This document shows, one piece after another, positions 48,651 through 61,663 of a stretch of DNA of 64,000 nt; the first letter of the stretch is position 1, and the number at the start of each line of letters is the position of its first letter. Source of the stretch: Callorhinchus milii (Eukaryota). A program made the translations under genes and the position numbers. The DNA is taken from NCBI RefSeq assembly GCF_018977255.1, contig NW_024704742.1:8434001-8498000 (forward strand). The letters run 5' to 3'. Below the pieces are notes generated by a model that worked only from the letters and a program-made list of their open reading frames with translations, made no database searches and had not been told where the DNA came from.

Positions 48651-48679
48651 TCTAAAGGTAAATCTTTTAAGGTCCCAAC

Positions 48680-50270
48680 TGCCATGGCAATGGTGTGGCC
48701 CTCATCTCTAGGATCTCACTTGCCATATCTATCCCCTTACTCCTCTGGCTCATTCCCCTCATTCGAACACCTTTCCCTCTATCATCCCTCCAATCTTTCA
48801 CTCCCAATTCTCCTAATTTACTGCCCCCCTCCCACCTTCTTCTCTGACTTCTCCACCCTCCTAACTTCCCTCTGCCTCTATTTTGAATGCCTCCTCATCC
48901 TCGGCGACTTCAACCTTCACTTCACCACCTCCTGATCTATCTACTCTGATTTCTCCTCTCCTCTCACAACATCTCCCTCCACATCCACTCTGCCATCCAC
49001 GTTCATGGCAACCTGCTCAACCTGGTGATTACCTGGAGCCTCAGTGTCTCAGATATCACAAATATAGGCAAAGCCATCTTTGATCACCATGTCATCTGCT
49101 TTAACTCCTCAATCCCTCTCCCCACTGCCACCAAACCTACCTCCATCTATCCCTCCTGGAAAAAAATCTCCCCACAATCCCTCTCCATTGCCCTGGGGCT
49201 CATCTGAACTCCCCCCCCACTGGCTTAACTCCTGCACTGACTTATCCTCCTCACTCACTCCACTCCACATCTCCTTCTCCACCACTCTTGATGCCCTTTC
49301 CCTCTTCACCTTCTGAACTGCTTCCTACTCATGAACCTCACCCTGGTACACCAGCCACCTCTTCTCCCTCAATGTGTGGGCCGTCGAATGCACCTGGCTC
49401 AAGTCTGACCTAATGATCTACTCCACAAGTAGATCTGGCTGGACCCCATCAAAATGTTCTGCTCTGCCCTTGCCTCGGCCAAATCATCCTTCTACTCCAA
49501 GATAATCTTGGAGGTGAAGGACAACCCCAGGCTCCTATTCTCCACCACCGATCGGCTCCTCCATCCACCCTCACATGCCTTGCCCATTCTCTACTCACGC
49601 TCTCACTATGGGGAAATGTTGGATTTCTTCCAGTCCAAAATCGAGGGGCTCTATTTAGCTGCCTTCACTCTCCCAACTACCCCTCCCTCCCCATCTCCCC
49701 CCACACTCCTACAAATACCAATCTCCTCCCTCCACATTTCCAAACCTTTCTGTCCCTCGTCTCTCATCACCACCATATGCAGCATGAAACATGCCACCTG
49801 CTCTGTTGACCCCATCCCCACCCCTCTCCTTACCTCCAAGCTCCAACTCCTCACCCCTCGATTCCCCAACACCATCAATTACTCCCTTTCATCTGGCAAC
49901 GTACCCATCCCCTTAAAAACAGCTACAATCACACCCATCCTGAAAAAACCTTCTATGGACCCATCGCTGCTTTCTAACTACCGGCCCATTTCCAACCTCC
50001 CTTTTGTTTCGAAGGTCCTTGAAAGAGTTGTTGCTTCCCAGCTTCACTCACTCCTCTTCTACTATTCCCTGCATAAGCCCCTCCAATTGGGTTTCTGTGC
50101 TGCTCACAGCATGGAAACTGCTCTGGTCAAGGTGACAAATGATATTTTGTCCATCTGTGACCAGGGCTCCCTCTTCCTCCTCATCCTCATTGACCTCTCT
50201 GCTGCCTTCGATACTGTGGACCACTCCATCCACCTCCACTGCCTCTCCTCTCACCTCAACCTTCAAGGTT
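48680..50270 (+). mobile_element. L2 LINE ORF2 fragment (endonuclease end to RT)
   Basis: LILGDFNLH; ORF 49454-50296 has NYRPISNLPFVSKVLERVVA, ETALVKVTND and [11 protein letters not shown]. Confidence 0.92.
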
Positions 50271-50425
50271 CTGTAGAAATTTGTGCTCATTCCTGATGTC
50301 TGACAGATAAGCTGGTCGCAGCTGGAGGTGGAAAAGTAGACTTGAGCGTCATCCGCATACAGAGAGGAAGCATATAGATGAGGAAGAGAATCCAACCGCT
50401 ACAATGGAAAAAGCAAACCATTTAC

Positions 50426-50595
50426 CTACCGGATTTGTTGACAGATTTGTTGGCTGGTTGGAGTATGGTCTATGTTGCTGTCTGTGTCACTGCCTGGCTC
50501 TGTTGCTGCTTAGTTAAAGCTGTTTGGTAACTGAGTAACCTATAATGACCAGCATCTGCTCTATAAACATGCTTCTTGCACTTTCATGTTTACTA
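50426..50595 (-). promoter_or_regulatory. Putative APOL-C promoter and non-coding exon 1
   Basis: Minus strand AAACATGAAAGTG (IRF-like half sites), TTTATAG, then donor TAG|GTAAATGG at 50426 resembling the APOL-A exon-1 donor. Confidence 0.35.
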
Positions 50596-52569
50596 CAACC
50601 AATGAGAATTTGCACAATGAACACATGAAGCCATAAATTCCTCCAGAGCTTATCTGAGATATCTGTAAACAACAACAATTTATGTTGATGATAAACCCTT
50701 CACATTGGGAGGAACCAGAATTAAGCTGTACAAGGAACCAAGTGCAAAGGTGGTGAATGAATTGAAAGTTTGTTATTGGTAAGATTGAGAGGACATGTTG
50801 CAAGTCCAGAAAGTGCTGAGAAAAGCACATGTACAGTCACGGCCAGTTACAGTGCACTAGGCCATTCAGCCCACTGTGTCTGTAAGTGCTCCGGGATGCT
50901 ACCCTGCATGAAGGATGCTGTATAATTGCAAGTTGTTGTTGTTGTCCTGCTGCTGCCTCTTCACAGGAGCTATCAGCTCTGATCCCATAATCCCCCACAA
51001 ACACCCAGTCACTGCACTTTACAGTGAAGTGTAAAGTGCTCTGTGCATCTCAGTGAGCCAGTCAGGAACCTAGGCTTGTTTACCCTCAACTGTCTTTTCT
51101 CCGGCATCTCTACCATGAACTGCGCTGCCTTCCCCAATCACCGCAACATTCCCCGGCTCCGCCACTGCCTCACCCCTCAGGCCATTGAAACCCTCATTCA
51201 CGGGTTCATAACATCTAAACTCGACTACACCAATTCTTGACCTTTCCAACTCTTCCCTCCACAAGCTGCAGATCATCCAGAACTCTGCAGCTCGTGTCCT
51301 CTCCCTATCAGGCTCTGTGACCTCATCACCTCCACCCCCACCTGACTCCACTGGCTCCACATACCCCAGAGGATAGAGTTCAATATCCATGTCCTCGCCT
51401 TCAAGGTACTCCATGGCTTTGCCCCTCTTTACCTCTGTGACCCTATATTAACCTGTCCATTCCCTCCACTCAGCAGGCGTTGGCCTAATCCAAGACCTCC
51501 ACCCGGCCTGACCCACCATCACCAGTCAGGCCTTCATCCTCTCTGCCCCCATCTTTACGAACTCCATCCCACATTCCCTTCGCCACGCTCCCTCCCTTGC
51601 CTCCTTCAAGGCATGTCTCCTCTTCAACTGTGCCTTTGCTCACCCTCCTACCATCCACCTTCTCTTAACCACCCCTCTCCAATGCTCGAGGTCAAATTTC
51701 TGACTGTCCAGTGCTTTGCGACGTCCAGCTGACATAAAAGGTGCTACATACACCCATTCTGTGCCTGTTTGTGGGACACTGCTGTGCGCAAACTATCTGC
51801 CGTGTTTTGTCCACAAAATACACAATAAATCCATTTCACAGTATATCCTGTGAAGCGCTTTGAGATGTCTCAACAATATAAGTTGCTTTACATCAAGGAT
51901 TATTATTATCTCCAGCTCCAAACACGAGGAGGGGGAGGCTCAGGACAGGGCGGCAGCCAAAAAGCGCACGCAGAGCCTGGGAGCGAGCAATCAGTGGAAT
52001 GACATCAGCCCTCAGGCTGAACCTCCCAGGTTCTACATTTTTTTAAAAAAATTTTTTTATATAATTTTTTAACTATGACGTTACGCCGACATCACTTTGT
52101 GAATCGCGCCGCCCCGTCTCTTACCCCTCCCCGCCCCCCACCCCGCCCTCTCCCACCCTGCGCTCTCCTACCTCTGCTCACGACTGAGTGGCTCCTCACC
52201 TGGCTGTGCTTTTATACACAGCCAGGCCTCGGCTCCGCCCCGCGCTCTCCTACCTCCGCTCCCGATACCAGGAAAGACTAGACAGTTTGGAACTTTTCTC
52301 TCTTGAGTTGAGATGATTGTGAGTGAAGCTAATGGAGGTATTTTAGATTCTGAAAGGATTTAATAAGTTAGATGTTGATGGGTTGTTTTACCCTGTCATC
52401 CACAGACACAGGTTAAACTTACACGTGTATGTGGATGACACACAAATCTACTTTGCTTCCTCCAGCATTGACTCCAGGTCCACCGATATTCTATCAACTT
52501 TGCTGGCAGACTTCAGAGCCTGGATGAATTCAAACTTCCTGCAGCTGAATATGGACAAGACAGAACAAT

Positions 52570-54800
52570 AACAAGAACAAAATTACATTTGGTATAGCAT
52601 CTTTCATGTTGGGAGAACATCCCAAGGCACTAGATAATCAGAGTTTCGGACCTGAGATGGGAGTTGTGATCAGGGAGGGTGAGGGGCAGGGGCGGAAGCA
52701 GAGGGTAATCGAAAGCACGGTCGAAGAGGAGGGTTTTGAAATGGGTTTTGAAGGAGGAAAGGGAGGAGGCAAGGCAAAGGGATTGCAGGAGGGAGTTGCA
52801 GAGGGTGGAGGCAGAGTGTCAGAAGGCCCGCCAGCCAATGGAGGGGCGAGTGAGGTGGGATACATGATGCAAGCCGGAGCCCGCTGAGCGGAGGGATCGG
52901 GCAGGATGGTAGGGGGTTAGGAAGTTGCAGAGATAGTGGGGAGCAAGACAATAGAGGAAGACAATAGAGCAAGACAATCCTGGTAAGCACCAGGATCTTG
53001 AACTGTATCCTCTGTATGATGGGAAGCCAGTGGTATTGGGCGAGAATGCGGGTGATAGGGTCACGGAGCCTGGTGCATGAGATGACACGGGCTGCAGAGT
53101 TCTGGATGATCTGCACCTATGAAGGGAGGAGTTGGGGATCAACAAACCGGGGGTGTGGAGGCATTCTCTTTGGCTCCCATCAACATCTTCACTCCTGTGG
53201 ATCTAAACTCCTCGATTTCCCTGGGCTCTCCCTCAGACTCACCGAACAGTGCACAATCTAGGCATTCAGTTCAACCCCCAGCTGTTCGTCCTTCCCCAAA
53301 TCTTGTCCCTGACCAGACCAGGACCGCCTTCCTCTACCTCTGCCACATTGCCCGCATCCAACCGTACCTTAACTCAAATGTAGCCGAAAGCCTTGTGCAT
53401 GCGTTTGTCGCCTCCCGCCTGGACTATTCAAATGCACCCTTTGCCAGTCTCCCCAGCTCCACTATTCAAAAAATCCAGCTCATTCCAGAAGGCTGCTCCT
53501 CACATACCTGGACCAAACTCTATACCCACATCTCACTGCTGTCCTGACAGAATGCCTTCGGACATAAAGTCCTGGATGAGGGCAAATTTCCTACAGTTGA
53601 ATGTGAACAAGACTGAGGCCTTCCTGATTGGCTCGCGTCAGCACCTCAGCACCTCAGCCTCTGGCAGCATCAACCTCCATGGTTGTACACTACAACTCAC
53701 CAAACCAGTCAGGAACCTCAGTGTCTTGTTCAACCCTCAACTGTCTTTTCTTCCCCACATCCAAGCCATGACCAGCTCTGCCTTCTCTCACCTCCGTAAC
53801 ATCGCCCGACTCCGCCACTACCTCACCCCTCAGGCGCTGAAACTCTTGTTCATGCCTTCATCACCTCCAGGCTCAACTATGCAAACGTCCTGCTTGTCGG
53901 CCTTCCCAACTCCTCCCTCCACAGACTGCAGATAATCCAGAACTCTGCAGCCCGTGTCCTCTCCCGCACCAAACTCCATGATCCCATCTCCCCCACTCTC
54001 TCCCGACTCCATTGGCTCCCTATCCTTCAGAGGATCCTGGTCCTCACATACAAAGCCATCCATGGCCTCACCCCACATCCCTCTGTGACATCCTAACCCC
54101 CTACCAACCCGCCGGACGGTCCGCTCAGCCGGCTCTGGCCTGCTCCACGTCCCCTGACCCACCCCCCACCATTGGCGGGATAGCCTTCAGCCACTCTGCC
54201 TCCAACCTCTGGAATTCCATCCCCCAATCACTCCACCTCTCGCCCTCTTTTTCCTCCTTCAAGTACCGCCTCAAGGCCCTCCTCTTCAACCATGCCATTG
54301 GTCACCCCCCTTCCCTTCCCCTCCCCTCCCCCCCCCCCCCCCCCCCCCTCAGTCCAGCTCAGGTCTGAAGTGCTGTACACTATCCAGTGCCTTGGGATGT
54401 AATCTTGTTATTGTTGTTGTTCCTGCCAGGCTCACCAAATGGATCGACTTCAAGATCCTCACTCTCATGTTCAAATCTGTTCACTCTCTGGCACCTCCCT
54501 ACCTCTCCAACCTCCTCACTCCCCAATCCAGCACCCGGTGCCTTCACTCGACTGGCACCAGCCTCCTGCTTGTCCCTCACACCTGTTTTCAGCCAATACA
54601 CCCAAAACTTTGGAAAACTCTCTGTCAATCCCTCCACTTTGCCCCCTCTCTCCTCTTTCAAGTTCCACCTTGAAACCTTCCTTTTTGACTGTAGTTTCGG
54701 TTACCTACTCCCACCCCAGCTTGGAGTCAGGCTCCATCATTGCTAAGCGCTCTGAGACACTGTCCTGTGTGGAGGCGATATATAAGTGTATGTTGTTGTC
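52570..54800. mobile_element. Composite L2 fragments, largely an inverted duplicate of 26258-27600 with an extra L2 insert (~53525-54420)
   Basis: Same unusual L2/L2 junction as at ~27065 is seen in reverse complement at ~53140-53160. Confidence 0.8.
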
Positions 54801-54802
54801 GT

Positions 54803-55094
54803 AATAATAATAATAATCCTTGCAATTGATATAGCGCTTTTCACGTCTTCTAGACGTCTCAAAGTGCTTCACATAATATACTGTAAAATGAATTGACTGT
54901 ATATTTGTGGGCAAAATGCGGCAGCCAATCGCGCACAGCAGCATCCCACACACAGTTGTGGATTGAGTGGCCAAATTATTATTGTTTTTTTCTTGAGGGA
55001 TTATTATCAGGTGTGTGGAGTAAGGAAACTTGCCGAAGGTTTCATCCTGCTGGGAATCGAACCCAGGTCTCTTGCTTGCAAGGTGAGTGCTCTA
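54803..55094 (-). mobile_element. tRNA-Deu SINE
   Basis: Reverse complement of the consensus; absent at the paralogous site (~26255). Confidence 0.88.
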
Positions 55095-55499
55095 ACCACT
55101 GAGCTACAGGACTTCATGAGATATGATATATATGATATGAGATATTCTCCAAGAGAGTTGAGAGTTGGTAGTTCTCGGTCTCACTAGGGTCACCTTTCTT
55201 GTGGATGGACACCACAGTTGGTACACTGAAGGTGTGTGTGCCTCAAGCAGAATCATGTAGATCAGCACTGGGAGGGCAGCTCCAAGGCTAGTTGGCGATT
55301 CCTGGCTTTGATCCTCATCGCATCATCCCTGCGACCATCGCCCATGTCCCCCCTCCCCCCACCCAGCAGGATCTCAGCATTAATTCTTAGTATGATATAT
55401 TTATATACTAAACATGTTTATACATATATAATTGTTCAGCTGCTATTATAATATTGTGGGCCTCTTTATGGAATAGATATTACAGTATGGAGAGGATGC

Positions 55500-56390
55500 C
55501 TTGTAGGTTCCCAAGACGGCTAAGGCAGTCTATCAAATGCAAGGATTATTATTATTATTTATTGAGTAACTCCTTTCACATTTCATCACCAACGTTGCTT
55601 AATTTGTAAATGTTTATGGAGTCACATGTTCACTTATGTAATTGGTTACAGTGAAAGTGAAAGTGAAAGGAATGGTGGGTTATATATTTGCTGATCTCAT
55701 TGCAGCTGACTTAGAATTTTCCCATTGCATCACCAGCCAGTTGGTCATCCAGTGCCCCAGTCAGTAACCCAGCTAGAGGTCAGCAGCCAGTTGGTCATTC
55801 AGTTGCAGAGTGACCCATCCAGTGACCTCACCATCAATCCAGAAAAAAAGGAAGAAGATTTGAGGTGAGATTGAAAATTTCAGACTTTTGTCTGAACTTG
55901 TCTCTATGAATTATTGTGTGTTTACTTTACTATCCTGGTCTTAGTGTCTGTCTTGTGTGGGTGCTCAAGTTGGACTATTGCACTGTTGAGGATTTCTTTG
56001 TATCACAGAGTGAGTGAGGATGTGATTACTGATACTCCAGTAAATGTGAGGCTGAGCAAGAACAAAGATAATTCCCAATCTCTGAGAGTCCACGGGACAC
56101 AGTACTAGGCTGGCATTTAGAATATGTGTGTGTTTGTTGGGCACAGTGTCTGTGTGTTGGGGATGGTGTCTGGGGGAGTGTGTGTTGAGGACAGTGTCTG
56201 TGTGTGTATGTCTTGGAGACCGTGTCTCCAAGACATACACACACAGACACTGTTTGTTGCAGCAGTGTTTGTTTTGGGGACAGTGACTGTGTATATGTGT
56301 AAGTTCGTGGGGTATGGCATCTGTATGGCGTCTGTCTGTGTGTGTGTTGGGAATGGTGACTGTGTGTGTGTATTGGGGATGGTGTCCTTG
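55500..56390 (+). pseudogene. APOL: Orphan inverted copy of the APOL-B promoter, exon 1 and intron, lacking the ATG exon
   Basis: Reverse-complement match to ~25115-25960 (ISRE 55649-55670, TATATAT ~55681, donor 55864), joined directly to the inverted CA minisatellite (56124-56385). Confidence 0.7.
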
Positions 56391-56579
56391 TTTGTCCCTC
56401 AACTATCCTTTCTACCCAACGTCTGTGCCAAGTCCCATCTGAAGACCTTCTTCTTTGATCATGCCTTCTGTAACCCTTCCACCCCCACCTGCCCTCCTTT
56501 CCTTCTGACCCCAAGTCCCAGCTCGGGTCCAAAATTTCTGAGTGTTCAGCACCCTTTCCAACGTGAAAGGCCCTCACAG

Positions 56580-56885
56580 ACGGAGAGAGACCTCCTTCTC
56601 ACCCCCCAGAGAGAAAGAGAGACACATACACAGATTTACACACACCCGAGCGAGACACACACAGAGATACAGACACATATACATGGACACTGACAGAGAG
56701 AGAGAGACACTGGCAGACAGAGAGAGAGAGACACACACCCACACACAAACTCACACACACACTCAAAGAAAACGAGAGACACTCAAAGACATTCACAGAC
56801 ACAGAAAGAGAGAGACACACAAACACACACAAATGAACAAACAGTGACATACAAACAGAGGAGAGAGAGACCCACACGGACACTC
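56580..56885. repeat. GA/CA low-complexity tract
   Basis: Mixed (GA)n/(CA)n. Confidence 0.85.
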
Positions 56886-56949
56886 TAACAAGCCACAGTG
56901 GAGTCCGTGTTCACTCATTTCTCTTCTGCCCCGCTGCCGCCAACCCAAC

Positions 56950-57745
56950 AACCATTGGCCCAGCCTGTCATTGGAGAAGCTGAGAACGAGGCTTCTTGCT
57001 CATCTCCTCTAGAGACAGCTGAATCTCTCGGGAGGTCAGAACATTACAGTACGGAGGAGGTGGAGGAGCACGGCGTGATCAACTGTGTTGAATGCGACCG
57101 AGAGGTCAAGAAGAATGAGGAGGAGGAGGAGCCCTGGTCACAGAGAGAAGACGTCATTTGTTGGTTTGGCATGCGCTGTCTCTATGCTGTGGGCTGGGTG
57201 AAACCATTCTGGAGAGTTTTGAGTAGGGAGTGGAGGGAGAGGTGTAGGTGAAGTTGATTGGCAACCACGTGTTCCAAAACTTTGGCCAGGAAGGGCACGT
57301 TTGAGATCGGTCTGAAGTTTTTGAGGTTGGAGTGATCGATGGTCAGTGTTTTAAGGAGAGGAGTAATGCCAATGATTTTAAGGGTGAGTGAGACAGAATC
57401 TGAGGAGAGGGACTGGTTGGTTGTGTTGGCCAGCAGTGGGGCAGGGGAGGAGGTGATGCATGACCAGAAGCTGGGTGGGGCAGGGCAAGGCAGCAGGTGG
57501 AGGGCTTCATTTTGATAATGGTGGGGGAAAGGGAGGCAGGAGAGATGGGGCAAATGAGAGTAGTGTGTGCCGTGGTAGGAGGAGAGGGTGGTGAGGGAAG
57601 CATGGGCAGGGGGGAGGAGGAGGAGGCAACCAGGCGGGTGTTGTCGATTTTGGAGATCAAAAAGTTCAGGACCTCTTCGCACTTGGCGTCTGAGGTGAGA
57701 ATTGCCGGTGCTTCAGAGGGGGTATGGAGGAGGGAGTGGACAGTG
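56950..57745 (-). mobile_element. L2 RT fragment
   Basis: NFRPISNVPFLAKVLEHVVANQL. Confidence 0.8.
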
Positions 57746-59410
57746 TCTACTCAGTGTCTACTTTATCCAGCCCTTTAAGAATATTATATGTTTCAATAAG
57801 ATCTCCCCTAATTCTTCTGTACTCTAGAGAATACAGCTCTACTTTATTCAGCCTATCCTCATAGGTCAGTCCCCTCATCCCAAGCACTAACCTAGTGAAT
57901 CTACGCTGCCCCCCTTCTAGGGCAAGTATGTCCTTTCTTAAATAAGGAGACCAAAACTGCACACAATACTCTAGGTGTGGTCTCACCAAGGCCCAACACA
58001 GTTGCAGCAAGACTTCCCTACTCTTGTACTCTAAACCTTTTGCAATGAACACTAACATGCCGTTCGCCTTCTTAGTTGCTTGCTGCACCTGCAAACTAAC
58101 TTTTTGAGACTGGTGTACAAGGACACCCAAATCCCTCTGAACACTAACACTATCTAATCTCTCCCCCTCTAGAAAATAATCGTTTTTTCCATTTTTTGCT
58201 ACCTAGGTGAAAAACTTCACACTTCCCCACATTAAATTCCATCTGCCACCTACTCGCCCACTCCCCGAGCCTATCTATATCCCATTGCAATCTTTTTGCA
58301 TCATCCTCAGAGCTTACTCTCCCACCTAGTTTAGTGTCATCCGCGAATTTAGATACGTTACATTCAATGTCCTCGTCTAGATCATTGATGTAAATTGTAA
58401 ATAGCTGAGGCCCAAGCACTGATCCTTGTGGCACTCCACTAGTCACATCCTCCAATTCGAGAATGACCCGTTTATCCCTACTCTCTCTTTTCTACCCGTT
58501 AGCCACTCTTCAATCCATGCTAATATGTTCCCATTAATCCCGTGGGCCTTAACCTTGTGCAATAGCCTTTTGTGTGGCACTTTGTCAAATGCCTTTTTAA
58601 AATCTAAATATACTACATCTACTGGTTCCCCCCTATCTAACCTGCTAGATACGTCTTCAAAAAAAAAGATTAGTTAAGCATGACTTCCCTTTTGTAAAGC
58701 CATGTTGACTCTGCCTAATCTTGTTATGGTCTTCCAGGAATCCCATAATGACATCTTAATTAAGGACTCAAGAATTTTCCCTACCACTGATGTCAGACTA
58801 ACTGGTCTATAGTTCCCCATCTTTTCTCTCCCACCCTTCTTAAATAGTGGTGTTACGTTTGCAATCTTCCAATCAATGGGAACCGTTCCAGAATCCAGAG
58901 AATTTTGGAAGATCAAAGACAAGCCATCCACTATCTCAGTAGCCACCTCTTTTAAAACCCTAGGATGTAGGCCATCAGGTCCAGGGGATTTATCAGTTTT
59001 AAGACCTGACAATTTACCTAAAACCATTTCTTTACTAATATTAATTCCCCAAGTTGCTCGCTAACATTGTCTTCTCGGTCCCCCTCTATTCTTGGTAGGT
59101 TTTCAGTGTCTTCTAAAGTGAAGACAGTAGCAAAGTACTTGTTTAATGACTCTGCCGTGTCTTTGTCCCCTACTATAAATCCCCCTGTCTCTGCCTCTAA
59201 TGGACCCACATTTACCTTTGACAGCCTCTTCCTCTTTATATATTTGTAAAAACTCTTGCAGTCTGTCCTTATGTTCCTCGCTAGTTTGCCCTCATATTCC
59301 ATTTTCTCCTTCTTTAATCACTTTTTTGGTTCTCCTTTGTTGATCCCTAACGTTCTCCCAATCCTCGGGTTTACTACTCATCTTAGCTGTTTACTACTCA
59401 TCTTAGCTGT
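57746..59410 (-). mobile_element. Relatively young CR1 ORF2 fragment (RT domain)
   Basis: Consecutive ORFs with [48 protein letters not shown] and RPHLEYCVQFWSP; few frameshifts. Confidence 0.93.
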
Positions 59411-59429
59411 TCCTGAATCTTGGTGGTAT

Positions 59430-60515
59430 TGTTAGAATAAAATGAGATAATTTCATACGCTAATTGGTTATAGAAACACTCTAGTGAAAGAAAGTTGTGT
59501 TGTAAATTTGCCTACAACTTATTGCAGCTTAGGTAGAATTCCTCCTGTGTATTCAGCCGGTCAGTCATACAGGTCACCCAGGCTCCCAGGTAAATGGGTT
59601 GTTTGTTGCTAAACTATCAATGTTAACAATTTGTACTGTCTCAGGACACCTAGTGCTGTAACCAGGAGTAACTTTTACTGATGTTGAGGAACAGAGCCAT
59701 CACATGGAGTAGATATGTAGGTTAAAGGTTTAAAAGAGAATAAAAAGACAAATGAAGTTGTGAGGTTTATATCCAGGAATATTGACTATAAAGCAGGAAG
59801 TGAGAACTTTATCCAGGACATTAGTTAGAATATTGTGTGTATTTTTACAGCTATAGAGAAGCTATGGATGGCATCGATTCTCAAGGGGAATGAATATCAG
59901 AGTGGAGGTTTATATGGAGTATAAACACCAGGCGAAGGACTGAATGGGCAGTGTCTGTGCTGTAATGCTCTATGTAATTCTATGAGGAGCCGTGGTTTCA
60001 GGAGAGGCTCAACAAATTGGGGTTGTTTTTGCTGAAACAGAGAAAAGATACGATAGAGGACTTAACAGAGGATAGAGGAATTTCCTCTCCCCATGGATGC
60101 TGCCTGACCAGTTGTGTGTTTCCAGCCACTTCTGTGTTTATACCACATTTCCAGCATCGACAGCCTTTTGTTTAGAGGATTTAACATTCTGAAACAGATT
60201 GTGAGGTTAAACAGTAACAGATTATTGCTGCTCAGTGCACAGTGATAAGTGTGATGTGGGGTTGAGGCCTGTGTTCTGTTACTATTATGGATATAGGGTT
60301 TGGTTACAGATTATCAAACCCCCTCAGAAACAACTTTACATTTTAAACAATTGACTTTGTCTGACTGTGTCTAAAAATGGCTGTTCTTCAGCTGTTCAGC
60401 GTGTGCTGAGTTCCTGTAGTGACTAATCCTCAACATCAACCAGACCAGCCCAACCAGACAATAGAAATCCTGATCATATAACAAAAAAACAGGACTGGAT
60501 GATAGAAAACTGATG
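59430..60515 (+). repeat. Direct segmental duplicate of ~878-1930 (APOL-A promoter, exon 1, intron 1)
   Basis: Colinear high-identity match including the donor at 59589. ISRE is shortened to AGTGAAAGAAAGT (59483-59495). Confidence 0.9.
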
Positions 60516-60680
60516 TAAGTTGCTCACAATGTCTTTTTAAGGCCACATCATCACCCCTGTCCCTATCTCATGCCTAATGCAGCTGAAACCCTGTTACATG
60601 TCTTCATTACCTTGAGGATTCATTGCCTTTGCCAATGCCTTCTTTGACAGGTACTCTGTTCTATCATCCCCAAGCTCCAG

Positions 60681-61663
60681 CATTCACCAAAATAACGTTG
60701 CGTAGATTTTTTTGAAAAATATCGAGTTCAATATAATTTACAAGCCAAATGATACTTGTTTTTGTTCAAGATGCACAGAAATACCATCACATCAAAAATC
60801 AAATAAATTGTTTTAATGTAACAAATCTGAAGTAAAATGATATTTGCTATGATTTTTACATCAATATCCACAGAAAGAGCCTCATTTTGTAATCGCTGTA
60901 AAATATCAAATAAAATAAAATTTTGAATGTTTAATGTACAAAAGTAGAATAAAATTAGATTCGATACGATTTTTCCATCAAAATAATACATCGCATGGAT
61001 TTTCTGTAATAGTATTGAGTGAAATAAAATGTTTAGTTTTTTTATTAATAAGAAATCTTTTTAAATAAGAATTCAAATGAGTTGGTCACAAACATGCACC
61101 AAAATAAAATTGCCTAGATTTTCTGAAAAATATTCAGTGCAATTAAATCTTAATTGTTATAATGATATTTGATACGATTTTCCCATGAACATCCTCATAG
61201 AAAATGTTTTTTTCATCGTTGTAGAATATCAAGTGAAATAAAATGTCAAGTTTTTAGTAGCACCATTGCGAAATAAAACAACATTCATCAAAATAACGTT
61301 GCGTAGATTGTTTTAAAAAATATCGAGTTCAATAAAATGCTAAGCCAAATAAAATTTACAAGCCAAATGATACTCGTTTTTGAACAAGATGCACAGAAAT
61401 ACCTTTGCATGAAAAATCAAATACAATTGTTAAAATGTACAAATCTGAAGTAAAATGATATTTGATGCAATTTTTACATCAATATCCATGGACAGAGCCT
61501 CATTTTGTAATTGCTGTAAAATATCGAACAAAATAAAATTTTGAATGTTTAATGTACAAAAATAGAATAAAATCAGATTCGATGCGAGTTTTTTTGTCAA
61601 GTTTTTAATGGTACATTTGTGAAGTTAAATAACATTCACCAAAATAACGTTGCGTTGATTTTT
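60681..61663. repeat. AT-rich tandem element, ~601-bp unit (one full, one partial, start of a third)
   Basis: cattcaccaaaataacgttgcgtagatt at 60681, 61282 and 61633, with a diverged sub-copy at ~61094. Confidence 0.85.

Noticed and set aside
49454..50296. 280-aa RT ORF as an active or domesticated gene
   Set aside because: Truncated L2 fragment with frameshifts upstream and no contiguous YADD region.
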